Shown piece after piece: positions 48,203 to 57,990 of a stretch of DNA of 64,000 bases. Below the pieces are notes generated by a model that worked only from the letters and a program-made list of their open reading frames with translations, ran no database searches and was not told the origin of the DNA. Both the position numbers and the translations under genes were made by a program. Within the stretch, counting starts at the first letter, position 1, and every line of letters starts with the position of its first letter. The stretch comes from an uncultured Acidimicrobiales bacterium (GTDB lineage Bacteria; Actinomycetota; Acidimicrobiia; Acidimicrobiales; RAAP-2): positions 821,264 through 885,263 of the forward strand of contig CAVXSW010000005.1 in NCBI GenBank assembly GCA_963764555.1, given 5' to 3'.

Positions 48203-49127
48203 CGGAGTCTCCGCCGTTGAGGGCCTCCTGCTCTCCGCCGGGGATCATCGCCGCGATGTCGACGACCTTGTCCCGCGGCGGTTTGCCGGCATGCACCGGG
48301 GTCCCGAACCGGGTGAGGTCGAGGGTGACGGTGCCGATACCGGCGCCGAGCGGAGCCGCCCTCGTCCCGATCAGGCGTCCCGACCCGTCGACCCAGACCT
48401 CGACGGCGAGGCTCGGGTGGTTGGCCGCACCGGTTCCCGAGGCGGTCAGCTCGGACTGCAGGGCGTGGCCGAACACGTCGGCGGCCGGCCCGGTGGCCTG
48501 GGAGAGGGCCCGCTGCAGGTCGACGGTCACCCGGTAGGCCGCGGCGCTGCGACCCGCCAGGGCGGCGCGGCCGAGCGGCACGGCGGACACCGCACCCCAG
48601 GCGAGCTCGTCCACGACGAACGCCGGGTTCACGCTCTCGGTCTGGACGATGTAGGGCGGGAAGTTGACCCGGTACCGGTCGATGTCGGAGAAGTTGGCGA
48701 AGATCCACGGCCGGCCCGGTTGCAAGGGAGGGCTCGACGACGGCGGCTTGATGAACACGGTGCCGGGCAGGAAGACCATCCGCTCCGTCCCGCCCGAGCC
48801 GGCCGGCAGGTCGAGCTCGATGGTGGAGGCCGGTCCGCCGAAGTCGACCACCCCGACGGCCCGCTGCGGGGTGACCGATCGGCTGCCCGCCGGCACGTCC
48901 GAAAAGGCCATCTCGAAGGCGGCGCTCGCTCCCGAGGTGGTGGCGACGGCGCGACGCACGGTGTCGAGGGCGGCCGCCGAGGGTGGTCCGGGCGCGGCGG
49001 GGACCGTTCCCGCCGCCGCCGACGCCACGGGGGCGCCGGATCCGCAGGCCGCCAGGGACACGGCCGCCGCCGCCACGGCGACCAGCGCGCCGGCCGGGCG
49101 CAGCCGCGGGAGACGGCGGCCGATCAT
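48192..49127 (-). CDS. lipoprotein of unknown function
   Basis: Lipobox AVSLAAC. 311 aa, Ala/Gly/Val-rich all-beta-looking sequence. ATGA overlap with the upstream beta-propeller gene. Confidence 0.6.
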   Translation of the reverse strand: MIGRRLPRLRPAGALVAVAAAAVSLAACGSGAPVASAAAGTVPAAPGPPSAAALDTVRRAVATTSGASAAFEMAFSDVPAGSRSVTPQRAVGVVDFGGPASTIELDLPAGSGGTERMVFLPGTVFIKPPSSSPPLQPGRPWIFANFSDIDRYRVNFPPYIVQTESVNPAFVVDELAWGAVSAVPLGRAALAGRSAAAYRVTVDLQRALSQATGPAADVFGHALQSELTASGTGAANHPSLAVEVWVDGSGRLIGTRAAPLGAGIGTVTLDLTRFGTPVHAGKPPRDKVVDIAAMIPGGEQEALNGGDSDGA

Positions 49128-51268
49128 CCGGTGTCGGGATGGGTCGGCGTCGTCCCGTTGGCGAGCAGGTTGTCGAAGCCGTCGGGGATGGCGATGAGCC
49201 CCGGTGCCGTACCCGCCACGTCGGTCAGCCCGTACTGCCAGACGATCGAATAGGTGGCGGGGTCGATGGCCACCATCCGGTCGCGGTAGTCGTCGTTGAC
49301 CATGATCAACCCGTTGGGGAGGCGCTCGGCCAGCGACGGCTTCTTCAGCATGGCGTCGCCGGCGGTGGCGTCGTAGATCCAGGGGATCTGGCCGGACCGG
49401 GTGAACTCGACCAGCCGGCCCTCGGCCGGAGGGTCGTAGTCGGTCATGAGGTACAGGTCGGGACCGAGCTGCTGGGGGTCGGAGGGGTAGTCGACGGACG
49501 GGAACTGGCGCGACCAGACGACACCGCCGGTGGGCGTGAACTCGTCGACCCACGACCCGTTGATCTCCGATACGAGGACGTTGCCGTCGGCGAGCGGTGT
49601 GTCGCCGTTCGGGTAGGCGATGGCGGTGGGCGGGTCGTGGGCGTCGGCGCCGTGGCCGATCTGGCCGGTGATCTGTCCCTGCGGGGAGATGAACAGGATG
49701 CGGTTGTTGGACGCGTCGGCCACGGTGATGGTCCCGGACTTGAGCAGGTAGGAGTCGTCGGGCTGGTAGAGGTACCCGGGCCCGGCACCGGGATGACCGG
49801 GATGGCCGTACTGGAAGAGGAGCCGCCCCGACGGGTAGCCGATCTCCACGATGGTGTGGTTGTCCTCCTGGTTGGAGATGATCCCGGTCCCGTGCCGGAT
49901 GAAGAAGGCGTCGTCGGGGAAGTAGAAGCCGCCCGGCGGCGGGGGCATGCTGGCCGAGGGGTACTGCCAGACGATGTTGCGCCCCGGGTCGATGGCGACC
50001 AGCCGGTCGTTGCCGCGGTCGGCGATGAGGAGGGTGCCCGAGTAGGGCGCTCCGGCCCCGGGCGTCCCGGCGGGACCGCCGTAGGGGCTCAGCCGGAGGG
50101 AGATCACCGACGTCAGGGACCCCGACGCCACCCCTGCCTGGTCGTTCCCCGACTGGGCGGCCACCTCGCCGCCGACCATGTAGCCGATCGCACCGCGGCC
50201 GGTGCCGACCGTGGTGTACCCGGCGAAGGCGTCGGCCTGGGGGAGCAGCCCGGCGGCGAGCACCTTGCCGGTGGCGGGCACGAACGCGTCGATGGTGGTG
50301 AGCGTGGCCCCGCCGGGGGCCTGCCCGCCGGCCACGTAGGCGGTACCGCCGATGACGAAGGCCGACGCGCCGTAGAGCGGCTGGGGCAGGTGGCCGACCA
50401 CCCGGGCCCGTCCCGAGGAGGGGTCGACCATCTGGATGTCGTCGGTGGCGGTGGTGGCCGACGGGGCCGAGCGGGTCTGGCCGCCGAAGGCGAGGAGCTC
50501 ACCGGCGAGCGCCACCACCGCCGGGTAGCGGACCGGGACCGGCAAGGTGGCGACCCGGCGGAAGTGGGTGCCGTCGGTGGTGGCGAGCACGTCGGGCAGG
50601 TAGTCGGTCCCGTCGTAGCCGCCGACCAGATAGGTCGTCGACCCCGGGTGCCCCGGCTGCCCGCCACCCGGCCCCGAGGTGGTCACCGCGGCCAGGTCGG
50701 ACCGGGGGGCGGGGAGGTTGCCCACCACCGTGCCGGCCGGCGTCGGAACGCGAGGTCCGGGCGCGGCCACCGACTGGACCGTCGCCACGGTGTCGGGCGA
50801 CCCCCCGCCGAAGTCGAAGATGCGCCCGCCGACGGTCGCGGCGGCGGCGTCGTGCACCGGGTCGGCGAGCGAGCCGGCCGGCGTTTCCTGCCCGGTGGCG
50901 GGGTCGATGGTGGCCACCGAGGCGAGCGACGATCCCGAGGGCGTGATCCCCCCGAGCACGGTGAGGCCGGCGGGGTTCGCCACCACCGACTGGCGCGAGG
51001 AGGGCGCGCTCAGCTGCCAGGGCTCGACGCCGGCCTCGATCGAGCCGGGGCCGCCCAGCCGATCGGTCCGACCCTGGCCGGTGGCGGAGCGGTCGCTGCC
51101 CGAGGTGGTCGTGGGCGAGGCGGTGGACCCGGATCCCGAGCACGAGGCGAGGGCCGCCCCGGCAACGAGCGCCACGGCCGCCGCCACCAGTCCGGTGGGC
51201 CGCCACCGGCGTCGGCGCACGCGCTGCAGCCTCGGGGATCGTGCGGCCACGGAGACGGAGTCTCGCAT
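49124..51268 (-). CDS. lipoprotein with N-terminal Kelch-like and C-terminal NHL/ASST-like beta-propeller repeats
   Basis: Signal RRRRWRPTGLVAAAVALVAGAALASC. Kelch-like GG repeats (VGGRIFDFGGG, YLVGGYDG, LLAFGGQ, AYVAGGQ). C-terminal repeats LLIADRGNDRLVAIDP, ITVADASNNRILFISP, LIMVNDDYRDRMVAIDP. Confidence 0.65.
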   Translation of the reverse strand: MRDSVSVAARSPRLQRVRRRRWRPTGLVAAAVALVAGAALASCSGSGSTASPTTTSGSDRSATGQGRTDRLGGPGSIEAGVEPWQLSAPSSRQSVVANPAGLTVLGGITPSGSSLASVATIDPATGQETPAGSLADPVHDAAAATVGGRIFDFGGGSPDTVATVQSVAAPGPRVPTPAGTVVGNLPAPRSDLAAVTTSGPGGGQPGHPGSTTYLVGGYDGTDYLPDVLATTDGTHFRRVATLPVPVRYPAVVALAGELLAFGGQTRSAPSATTATDDIQMVDPSSGRARVVGHLPQPLYGASAFVIGGTAYVAGGQAPGGATLTTIDAFVPATGKVLAAGLLPQADAFAGYTTVGTGRGAIGYMVGGEVAAQSGNDQAGVASGSLTSVISLRLSPYGGPAGTPGAGAPYSGTLLIADRGNDRLVAIDPGRNIVWQYPSASMPPPPGGFYFPDDAFFIRHGTGIISNQEDNHTIVEIGYPSGRLLFQYGHPGHPGAGPGYLYQPDDSYLLKSGTITVADASNNRILFISPQGQITGQIGHGADAHDPPTAIAYPNGDTPLADGNVLVSEINGSWVDEFTPTGGVVWSRQFPSVDYPSDPQQLGPDLYLMTDYDPPAEGRLVEFTRSGQIPWIYDATAGDAMLKKPSLAERLPNGLIMVNDDYRDRMVAIDPATYSIVWQYGLTDVAGTAPGLIAIPDGFDNLLANGTTPTHPDTG

Positions 51269-51426
51269 GGCCGGCCGCGGTGGGGAAGCCGGCGGCGGCC
51301 GGAGGAGGTCGGGAGCCGTCCCCCGGACGGGGGCGACCGGTGAACCGACCCCGGGGCGAAAATTTCGTACGCTTGGGGCCGATGGGAACCTCTGGCGGCC
51401 GAGCGCCGACTCGTCGTTCCCAGCGT

Positions 51427-51522
51427 GGGCAACGGTCGGGGCGCGGGCAACGGTGCAACCCCGGTCCCCAGCCGTGAAGCCGATCGGGCCGATCCCCTGT
51501 CTATGGTGGCGGGCCGTTGCCC
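51427..51522. promoter_or_regulatory. three copies of GGGCAACGG (two direct, one inverted) in a divergent intergenic region
   Basis: gggcaacggt at 51427-51436 and 51445-51454. gggccgttgccc (reverse complement) at 51511-51522. They lie between the beta-propeller operon and dedA-like gene starts. Confidence 0.35.
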
Positions 51523-51575
51523 GCCGGCGCCGAGCCGGTGGCGGCCGGGCGCCGGCTCGCTAGGGAAGGACGGAC

Positions 51576-52241
51576 GTGGAGCATTTTCTCGAGACCTGGG
51601 GCTACCTGGCCGTCTTCGGCCTCAGCTTCATCTCGTCCATGGGCCTGCCGGTCGGGGCCGAGGTGGCCATCATCTACGGCGGCGTGCTGGCGAGCGGCCA
51701 GATCCCGAACGAGCCCCACCATCTCAACCTGGTGGTCGTCATCGTCGTGGCCACCGCCGCCGAGCTGCTCGGATCGCTCGCCGGTTACCTCATCGGCTAC
51801 TTCGGCGGGCGGGCCCTCGTCGACCGGGTCGGCAAGTACGTGCTCCTCACCCACAAGGACCTCGATCGTGCCGAGGGGTGGTTCCGGCGCCGGGGTGAGC
51901 CCTTCGTCCTCTTCGGTCGGTTCATCCCGCTGCTGCGGTCGTTCGTCTCCTTCGCCGCCGGGCTCGGCGAGATGGCCATGACGAAGTTCATCGCCTTCAC
52001 CCTCATCGGTTGTGCCATCTGGTGCACCGCCCTCACCAGCCTCGGCTATGCCCTCGGGGCGAGCTACAAGCATGTGCTCAACGCGTTCAGCGCGGCGGGC
52101 TACGTGGCGGCCGCCCTGGTGGTGGTCGCCGTCGTCGGACTGTTCGTCCACCGGCTGCGGGTGGTCCGCGCCGAGCGGGCCGCCGCGCTCGAGTCGTCGG
52201 TCCCCGTGGAGCGAGCCGCCCCGGTCGAGCCGGCCGAATGA
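51576..52241 (+). CDS. DedA family (VTT domain) membrane protein
   Basis: WGYLAVFGLSFISSMGLPVGAEV...GRFIPLLRSFVSFAAG, typical DedA motifs. Confidence 0.85.
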   Translation: MEHFLETWGYLAVFGLSFISSMGLPVGAEVAIIYGGVLASGQIPNEPHHLNLVVVIVVATAAELLGSLAGYLIGYFGGRALVDRVGKYVLLTHKDLDRAEGWFRRRGEPFVLFGRFIPLLRSFVSFAAGLGEMAMTKFIAFTLIGCAIWCTALTSLGYALGASYKHVLNAFSAAGYVAAALVVVAVVGLFVHRLRVVRAERAAALESSVPVERAAPVEPAE

Positions 52242-53539
52242 CCGATGTGACCGGCGCCGCCCCCGGTCACCGCCTCGGGCGCTCTCGCCGGGTCCACCGG
52301 GCGCCGCGGGCCAAGTTCCGCCGCCGCCGGCTGCTGGTGGCCGTGGTGATCGTGTTCCTCGTCGTGGCGGCGGTCATCGGGCCCTCGCTCGGCAGCGCAC
52401 TCACCAACCCCTCGCTCGGCTCTTCGATCGGGGCGCGCTTCGCCGAGTGGACCCGCACCCACGGCGGCAACGGGGTGGTCAACTGGGTCGAGAACCTCTG
52501 GTACAGCCACCACCAGCCGAAGGCCGGCGGCGCCCCGCCCAAGGGGGCCATCAAGGTGCCGACCTCCTCGACCCAGCCCGCGGTATCGGCGGTTCCCCAT
52601 CTCCCGCCGCCGGCGCCCATCGTCCCGCCGGCCTCGCCCCCGTTGCCCGGCGAGGGCCAGTGGTCGCCGGCGGGCCGGACGGTCGGCGGCGATCCGGCCG
52701 TGTACGTGACCCGGCTCCGCCCCGACCCGGTGCACACCAGCCTGGTGGTCGGTGTGGCCTGGATGGACACCGAGCTCCTGAAGGCGCAGCTCTACTCGGG
52801 CAGCTTCATCCCCGGTGGGGGACCGTTCGCCTTCTCCGCCCCGGTCAAGCCCGACGCCGCCGCCACGCTGGTGGCCGCCTTCAACTCGGGGTTCCAGATG
52901 TCCTCGGCCAACGGCGGCTACTACACCGAGGGCCGCACCATCGTGCCGCTGCGCGACGGCGCCGCCTCGATGGTCATCACCAAGGAGGGCGTGCCGACCG
53001 TGGCTCAGTGGGGCCGGGACGCCACGATGAGCCCCGACATCGCCTCGGTGCGCCAGAACCTCGACCTGTTGGTCGACGGTGGCCAGCCGGTCGCCGGCCT
53101 CAACGCCTCGGACACCACGCGCTGGGGGGCGACCCTCGGCAACCAGGTGTACGTGTGGCGGTCCGGGGTCGGGGTCACGGCCGACGGCGCGCTGGTCTAT
53201 GTCGGTGGCCCCGGGCTCAACATCACCTCCCTCGCCGATCTGCTGGTGCGGGCCGGTGCGGTGCGGGGGATGGAGCTCGACATCAACACCGACTGGGTGC
53301 ACTTCGCCACCTACGACCCGCCCTCCGGGGCGCCCGCTGCGGGTGGCAACGGCGCCAACCTGCTCCCGGACATGGTCGGCACGCCTTCCCGGTACTTCAC
53401 CAGCTGGTGGTCGCGGGACTTCGTCACCATGTCGGCGGTGCAGTCGGCGGGACCGCCCCGGCCGGGCACCCAAGCCACGACCCGGGGGTCGGCCCCGTCC
53501 GGAACGGCGTCGCCGGCGCGCGCCGCGAGCGGGCACTGA
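52238..53539 (+). CDS. membrane-anchored phosphodiester glycosidase (DUF2233)-like protein
   Basis: N-terminal TM anchor and a Pro-rich linker. VAAFNSGFQMSSANGGYYTEGRTIVPLRDGAASMVI resembles the DUF2233 core. ATGA overlap with the DedA gene. Confidence 0.5.
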   Translation: MTDVTGAAPGHRLGRSRRVHRAPRAKFRRRRLLVAVVIVFLVVAAVIGPSLGSALTNPSLGSSIGARFAEWTRTHGGNGVVNWVENLWYSHHQPKAGGAPPKGAIKVPTSSTQPAVSAVPHLPPPAPIVPPASPPLPGEGQWSPAGRTVGGDPAVYVTRLRPDPVHTSLVVGVAWMDTELLKAQLYSGSFIPGGGPFAFSAPVKPDAAATLVAAFNSGFQMSSANGGYYTEGRTIVPLRDGAASMVITKEGVPTVAQWGRDATMSPDIASVRQNLDLLVDGGQPVAGLNASDTTRWGATLGNQVYVWRSGVGVTADGALVYVGGPGLNITSLADLLVRAGAVRGMELDINTDWVHFATYDPPSGAPAAGGNGANLLPDMVGTPSRYFTSWWSRDFVTMSAVQSAGPPRPGTQATTRGSAPSGTASPARAASGH

Positions 53540-53566
53540 GCACGCCCCCGACGACCGGCGGCCGGG

Positions 53567-54463
53567 CTAGCCCCGGACGCCCGCTGCCGCTGTCGCTGAC
53601 AGGTCGCTGCGTGCCGCGTCGCTGCTGCTGCCGTCGCTGTCGCTGACACCGTCCAGGGCGTCGAGCAGCGACCGGCCGGTGAGCTCGAACATGGCCTCGT
53701 CGTCCGAGCGCCGCCAGAGGTCGAGCAATCCGTCCGACAGGGGGTCGCACCCGTGCCGCATGGGTCCGGTGTCGTCGAGGATGGCGTCGACGATGCGCCC
53801 CGCCGCATCGGCGGCCGGTGAGACCAGCGGATCGGCGGACTGGCGGCGCAGCTCGGTGGCTCGGCGGGCCATCGGGCGGTAGCGGTCGTACCGGGCAGCG
53901 GCGGGTTCCCCGGCGGAGAGCCGGAACATGTCGGTGTCGACCGGGCCGGGCAGGATCTCCACCACCCGGATGCCCGAGGGTGCCAGCTCGACACGGAGGG
54001 TGTCCCCGATCGCCGACACCGCCGCCTTCGAGGCGCGGTAGGCGGCGTAGAAGGGAACCGAGGCCACGATCGACGACGACGAGACGTTGCAGACCACCGC
54101 CGGACGGTTGGCGCGGAGGAGGGGGATGGCCGCCATCGTCACGGCGACCAGGCCGACCACGTTGGTCTCGAGCACGTTCCGCCAGTCGTCGAGGTCACTG
54201 TGCTCGAGGGGCAGGTAGTCGGAGTCGACCCCGGCGTTGTTGACCAGGACGCGGAGGTCGTCGGGGAACCCGAAGGTCCGGGGGTCGGTCACGTCCAGAC
54301 GAGCCACGGTGAGCCCGGGGTGTGCCTCGGCGAGCTCGGCGGCATCCGCCGGGTCGCGCATCGACGCCACGGTCTGGAACCCGCGGCGGGCGAGCTCGGC
54401 GGCCACGGCGCGGCCGATGCCGCGGCTGGCCCCGGTGACCAGTGCGCTCCCTCCGATCTCCAC
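53567..54463 (-). CDS. SDR family oxidoreductase
   Basis: ALVTGASRGIGRA (TGxxxGxG), NNAG, YAAYRASK (YxxxK). Confidence 0.85.
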   Translation of the reverse strand: MEIGGSALVTGASRGIGRAVAAELARRGFQTVASMRDPADAAELAEAHPGLTVARLDVTDPRTFGFPDDLRVLVNNAGVDSDYLPLEHSDLDDWRNVLETNVVGLVAVTMAAIPLLRANRPAVVCNVSSSSIVASVPFYAAYRASKAAVSAIGDTLRVELAPSGIRVVEILPGPVDTDMFRLSAGEPAAARYDRYRPMARRATELRRQSADPLVSPAADAAGRIVDAILDDTGPMRHGCDPLSDGLLDLWRRSDDEAMFELTGRSLLDALDGVSDSDGSSSDAARSDLSATAAAGVRG

Positions 54464-54500
54464 CGCACCTCCCTAGCAGACCCGGGCCTGCCGGGCCGGC

Positions 54501-55319
54501 TCAGTCCTCGAAGGGGTCGTCCCGCTCGCGCGCCGCCTGCTTGAGGCCGACCTCGGCGGCCCGGGTGGCGAAGGCCCTGGCGTCGGCGGACCGGTGGGCG
54601 ACCGCGTCGTTGAGGGCGGCGAATCGCTGGAGCTCGGTCCGGCCCATGAGCTCGATCCCGTGGTTGACGACGCGCTTGTTGGCGCTGAGCAGGTCGCGCC
54701 CGACGAGGGCGATGCGCTCGGCCAGCGCCAGGGCGTAGGCGTCGAGGTCGCCGGCCGGCACCGACGCCTGGACCAGCCCGAGGGAGGCGGCCTCGGCACC
54801 GGTCACCGTGTCGCCGGTGAACAGCAGCCGCTTGGTCCACTGCGGCCCGAGGTGGTAGAGCCACATGTTGGTGGGTGGGACCCCCATCGAACGGACCGGG
54901 GGGAACCCGATCCGGGCGTCGTCGGCGGCGACCACGATGTCGCAGTGCAGGGCGAGATCGGTCCCCCCGGCCAGGCAATTGCCGTGCACCTGGGCGACGA
55001 CCGGGATGGGGCAGTGCCACACGGTGGCCCAGCCCGTGCCGAGCTCGAGCATGGACGCCACGTCCCCCTCGATGCCCGACGGGGTGGTCTCGTCCGGCCG
55101 GGCATCGTCGGGGAGGACTCCGTATCCCGAGGAGAACGAGGGCCCCGATCCCCGGATGAGGACGACCCGCGCCGCCCGGTCCCGCCCGGCCTCCTCGACC
55201 GCGGCGAGCAGCTCGCCGATGCAGCGGGCCGTGAGAGGGTTGTGGCGATCCGGCCGGTTGAGCGTGAGCCGGCGGACCGCGCCCGTCGCTTCGACGAGGA
55301 CCGCGGGTTCGTCGGCCAC
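54501..55319 (-). CDS. enoyl-CoA hydratase/isomerase (crotonase) family protein
   Basis: LTLNRPDRHNPL...VVLIRGSGPSFSSGYG...VHGNCLAGGTDLAL. Crotonase-fold oxyanion-hole motifs. Confidence 0.85.
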   Translation of the reverse strand: MADEPAVLVEATGAVRRLTLNRPDRHNPLTARCIGELLAAVEEAGRDRAARVVLIRGSGPSFSSGYGVLPDDARPDETTPSGIEGDVASMLELGTGWATVWHCPIPVVAQVHGNCLAGGTDLALHCDIVVAADDARIGFPPVRSMGVPPTNMWLYHLGPQWTKRLLFTGDTVTGAEAASLGLVQASVPAGDLDAYALALAERIALVGRDLLSANKRVVNHGIELMGRTELQRFAALNDAVAHRSADARAFATRAAEVGLKQAARERDDPFED

Positions 55320-55323
55320 CGGG

Positions 55324-56880
55324 TCAGCCCTCGCCGCGCTCGAGCTCGCTCTTGACCACCTTGCCGGACGCGTTGTAGGGCAACCGGGTCACGAAGCGGA
55401 ACCGGCGAGGCACCTTGTAGTCGGCCAGCCGCTCGCCGAGGAAGGCGCGCAGGCCGTCCTCGGTGGTTCCCGAGTCCTCTCGCAGCACGACCCACGCTGC
55501 CACATCCTCGCCGAGCACGTCGTGGGGCACGCCGGCCACGGCGGCGTCGACGACGTCGGGGTGGGAGAAGAGCGCGTTCTCGACCTCGCCGGGGACGATG
55601 TTGTGGCCGCCCCGGATGATCACGTCCTTGAGGCGGCCGGAGATCCAGAGGAAGCCGTCGTCGTCGATCCGGCCGAGGTCGCCGGTGTGCAGGACGCCGT
55701 CCCTCCAGGTGCGGGCGGTCGCCGCCGGGTCCTCGAGGTACCGGCGCGGGGTGCCGTCGCCCGAGACGGTCACCTCCCCCTCGACCCCGGGCGGGACCGG
55801 CTCGCCGGCCGGGTCGACGACGCGGACCTCCACCCCGGGAAGGGGCCGCCCGACCGAGCCGAGGTGGCGGCGACGGTCGCCCGACGGGGTGCGGGTCACC
55901 GCCCCGAACTCGGTGAGGCCGTAGCCGACCAGGATGTCGGCGTGAGGCAGCCGCCCGGCCAGCCGTTCGAGCGTGGCGGGGGCGACGGGCGCACCCCCGA
56001 CGGTCAGGGCGGCGAGGCCGGACAGGTCGGCCTGTGCGAAGCGGGGGTGGGCCACGATGAGCTGGGCCATCGCCGGGACCACGAACGCCACCGCCGGCCG
56101 CCGCTCCTCGACGATCGAGATCCAGGCCCCGGCGTCGAAACGCGGGAGGAACCAGCCGGTCATGCCGGCGCGCAGGGGCCCGTAGACCAGGAGCGCGCCG
56201 CTGGTGGTGGAGAAGGGCGACGAGGTGAGGAACCCGACCCCGTTCCAGTCCGGCGCCACCGGGCGGTCGCCCAGCGGAGGATGGCTGACCACCACGCCCT
56301 TGGGGGCCCCGGTGGTGCCCGAGGTGTAGGTGATGTCGGTCGCCTGCCAACCGGCGGGACGGGCCGGTGGCGACCCGCCCGGGACGGGGAGTGCCGACCA
56401 GTCCTCGGCGCCGGCCGCCGGCTCGGTGGTGGCCAGCAGCCGGAGACCGGGCAGGCCGCCAGCCACCTCGGGCCAGGGCCACCCGCCGTCGGTGACCGCG
56501 TCGGCGAGGACGGCGGCCGGCTCGGCGTGGGCGAGGACGGCCCGGAGCTCGGGCCCCGCCAGCCGCGTGTTGAGGGGGACGGCCGTCGCGCCGGCCCGGT
56601 GGCAGGCGGTGTAGGCCACCAGCCAGGCGAAGGGACGCTCGGGCCCGATGCCGATGGCCACCCGTTCGCCGGGCGCGATGCCCCGCCCCGCCAGCCCGGC
56701 GGCCAGCTCGTCGGCTCTCGAGTCCCAGGCCCCGACGGTGAGCTCGGAACCGGCGGCGAGATCGACCCAGGCCGTCGAGTCCGGGTGGAGGGCGGCCATG
56801 GCGGCGAGCTCGTCGGTCCCCGGCGCCCCGGTGGGTTCGACGAGGCCCTCGGGAGCCGCGGTCACGACCTGGCGGCCCAC
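55324..56880 (-). CDS. AMP-dependent acyl-CoA synthetase/ligase
   Basis: ITYTSGTTGAPKGV AMP-binding motif, LHTGDLGRIDDDGFLWISGRLKD, and a C-terminal Lys region. 518 aa, intact. Confidence 0.85.
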   Translation of the reverse strand: MGRQVVTAAPEGLVEPTGAPGTDELAAMAALHPDSTAWVDLAAGSELTVGAWDSRADELAAGLAGRGIAPGERVAIGIGPERPFAWLVAYTACHRAGATAVPLNTRLAGPELRAVLAHAEPAAVLADAVTDGGWPWPEVAGGLPGLRLLATTEPAAGAEDWSALPVPGGSPPARPAGWQATDITYTSGTTGAPKGVVVSHPPLGDRPVAPDWNGVGFLTSSPFSTTSGALLVYGPLRAGMTGWFLPRFDAGAWISIVEERRPAVAFVVPAMAQLIVAHPRFAQADLSGLAALTVGGAPVAPATLERLAGRLPHADILVGYGLTEFGAVTRTPSGDRRRHLGSVGRPLPGVEVRVVDPAGEPVPPGVEGEVTVSGDGTPRRYLEDPAATARTWRDGVLHTGDLGRIDDDGFLWISGRLKDVIIRGGHNIVPGEVENALFSHPDVVDAAVAGVPHDVLGEDVAAWVVLREDSGTTEDGLRAFLGERLADYKVPRRFRFVTRLPYNASGKVVKSELERGEG

Positions 56881-56893
56881 GGTCGGGGACCCG

Positions 56894-57865
56894 TCAGTAG
56901 GGATCGCATCCCTCGAGGATCCGGCGGGGGTTGGCCACCATCATGGTCTCGATGTCGGCGTCGCTGATGCCCGCCTGGCGCATGGCCGGGAGGACGTCTT
57001 CGGGGATGTGGGTCCAGCGCCACTGCTTCCAGGCGCCGGCGACCTCCGGCGGGAACCAGTCGACGTGGCACATGGCGTCGTGGGACAGCACGATCCGATC
57101 GGCGTGCCCGCGCTCGCAGAGCCGACGGACCGACTCGACCCGATCGGCCAGCGAGAACGTCCCGATACCGAAGTGGTCCATGCCGAGGTAGGAGCCCTTG
57201 GACACGATGGCCTCGTGGTAGGAGGCATCGAGGGTGCCGCCCGAGTGCCCGATGACCACCCGGGAGAGGTCGACGCCCTCGTCCTCGAAGACCCGTTGCT
57301 GCTCGAGCCCCCAGGGCTCGGGCGGGGTGGGGGTATGGGTGGTGATCGGGATCCCGGTGAGGCGGTGGGCACGGGCCACCGCCCGGAGCACCCGCTCCAC
57401 GCCGGGGGTGATCCCGGGGCGGTCGGTGGCGCACTTGAGGATCCCGGCGCGCACCCCGGTCTCACCGATCCCCTCCCGGATCTCGCGGACGAACAGCTCG
57501 GTCATGGGTTCGGGGCCGCCGAGCAGGGTGCCCGGGCCGCGGAAGTGGAAGTACATCGGGACGTCGTTGTAGGTGTAGACGCCGGTGGCGGCCACGATGT
57601 TGAGTCCGGGCACCCGGGCCGCCACCTCGGACACGCGGGCCATGTTCCGGCCGAGACCGATGACCGTGAGGTCGACCAGCGTGTCGATGCCGCTCCGCTC
57701 GAGCTCGCCCAGCCGCTCGGCGGCGGTGTCCCGGGCGGCCTGCTCGTCCCACTCGGAGGCGGTCTTCTCGATCTCGGGACTGAGGACGAAGACGTGCTCG
57801 TGCATGAGCGTCGCCCCGAGGGCTCCCGAGTCGATCGGCCCCCCGACCGTGTTCACCAGGGCCAC
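56894..57865 (-). CDS. phosphotriesterase-related (PTE/PHP family) amidohydrolase
   Basis: TLMHEHV (HxH), ILKCATD (carboxylated-Lys position), ITTHT, GHSG, LSHD. GTG 57865 lies after GGGAGGAG. Confidence 0.8.
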   Translation of the reverse strand: MALVNTVGGPIDSGALGATLMHEHVFVLSPEIEKTASEWDEQAARDTAAERLGELERSGIDTLVDLTVIGLGRNMARVSEVAARVPGLNIVAATGVYTYNDVPMYFHFRGPGTLLGGPEPMTELFVREIREGIGETGVRAGILKCATDRPGITPGVERVLRAVARAHRLTGIPITTHTPTPPEPWGLEQQRVFEDEGVDLSRVVIGHSGGTLDASYHEAIVSKGSYLGMDHFGIGTFSLADRVESVRRLCERGHADRIVLSHDAMCHVDWFPPEVAGAWKQWRWTHIPEDVLPAMRQAGISDADIETMMVANPRRILEGCDPY

Positions 57866-57990
57866 GGTGCTCCTCCCGCCGCCCCGGACGAGCGCCCGGC
57901 GCGGCGACCGGATCGTAGTGCCGTCCCCTCGGCCGGTGCCCGGGCTCGGCGGGTCGTGCACCGCCGGCTGGGGTCCGGCAAGGTAACGCC

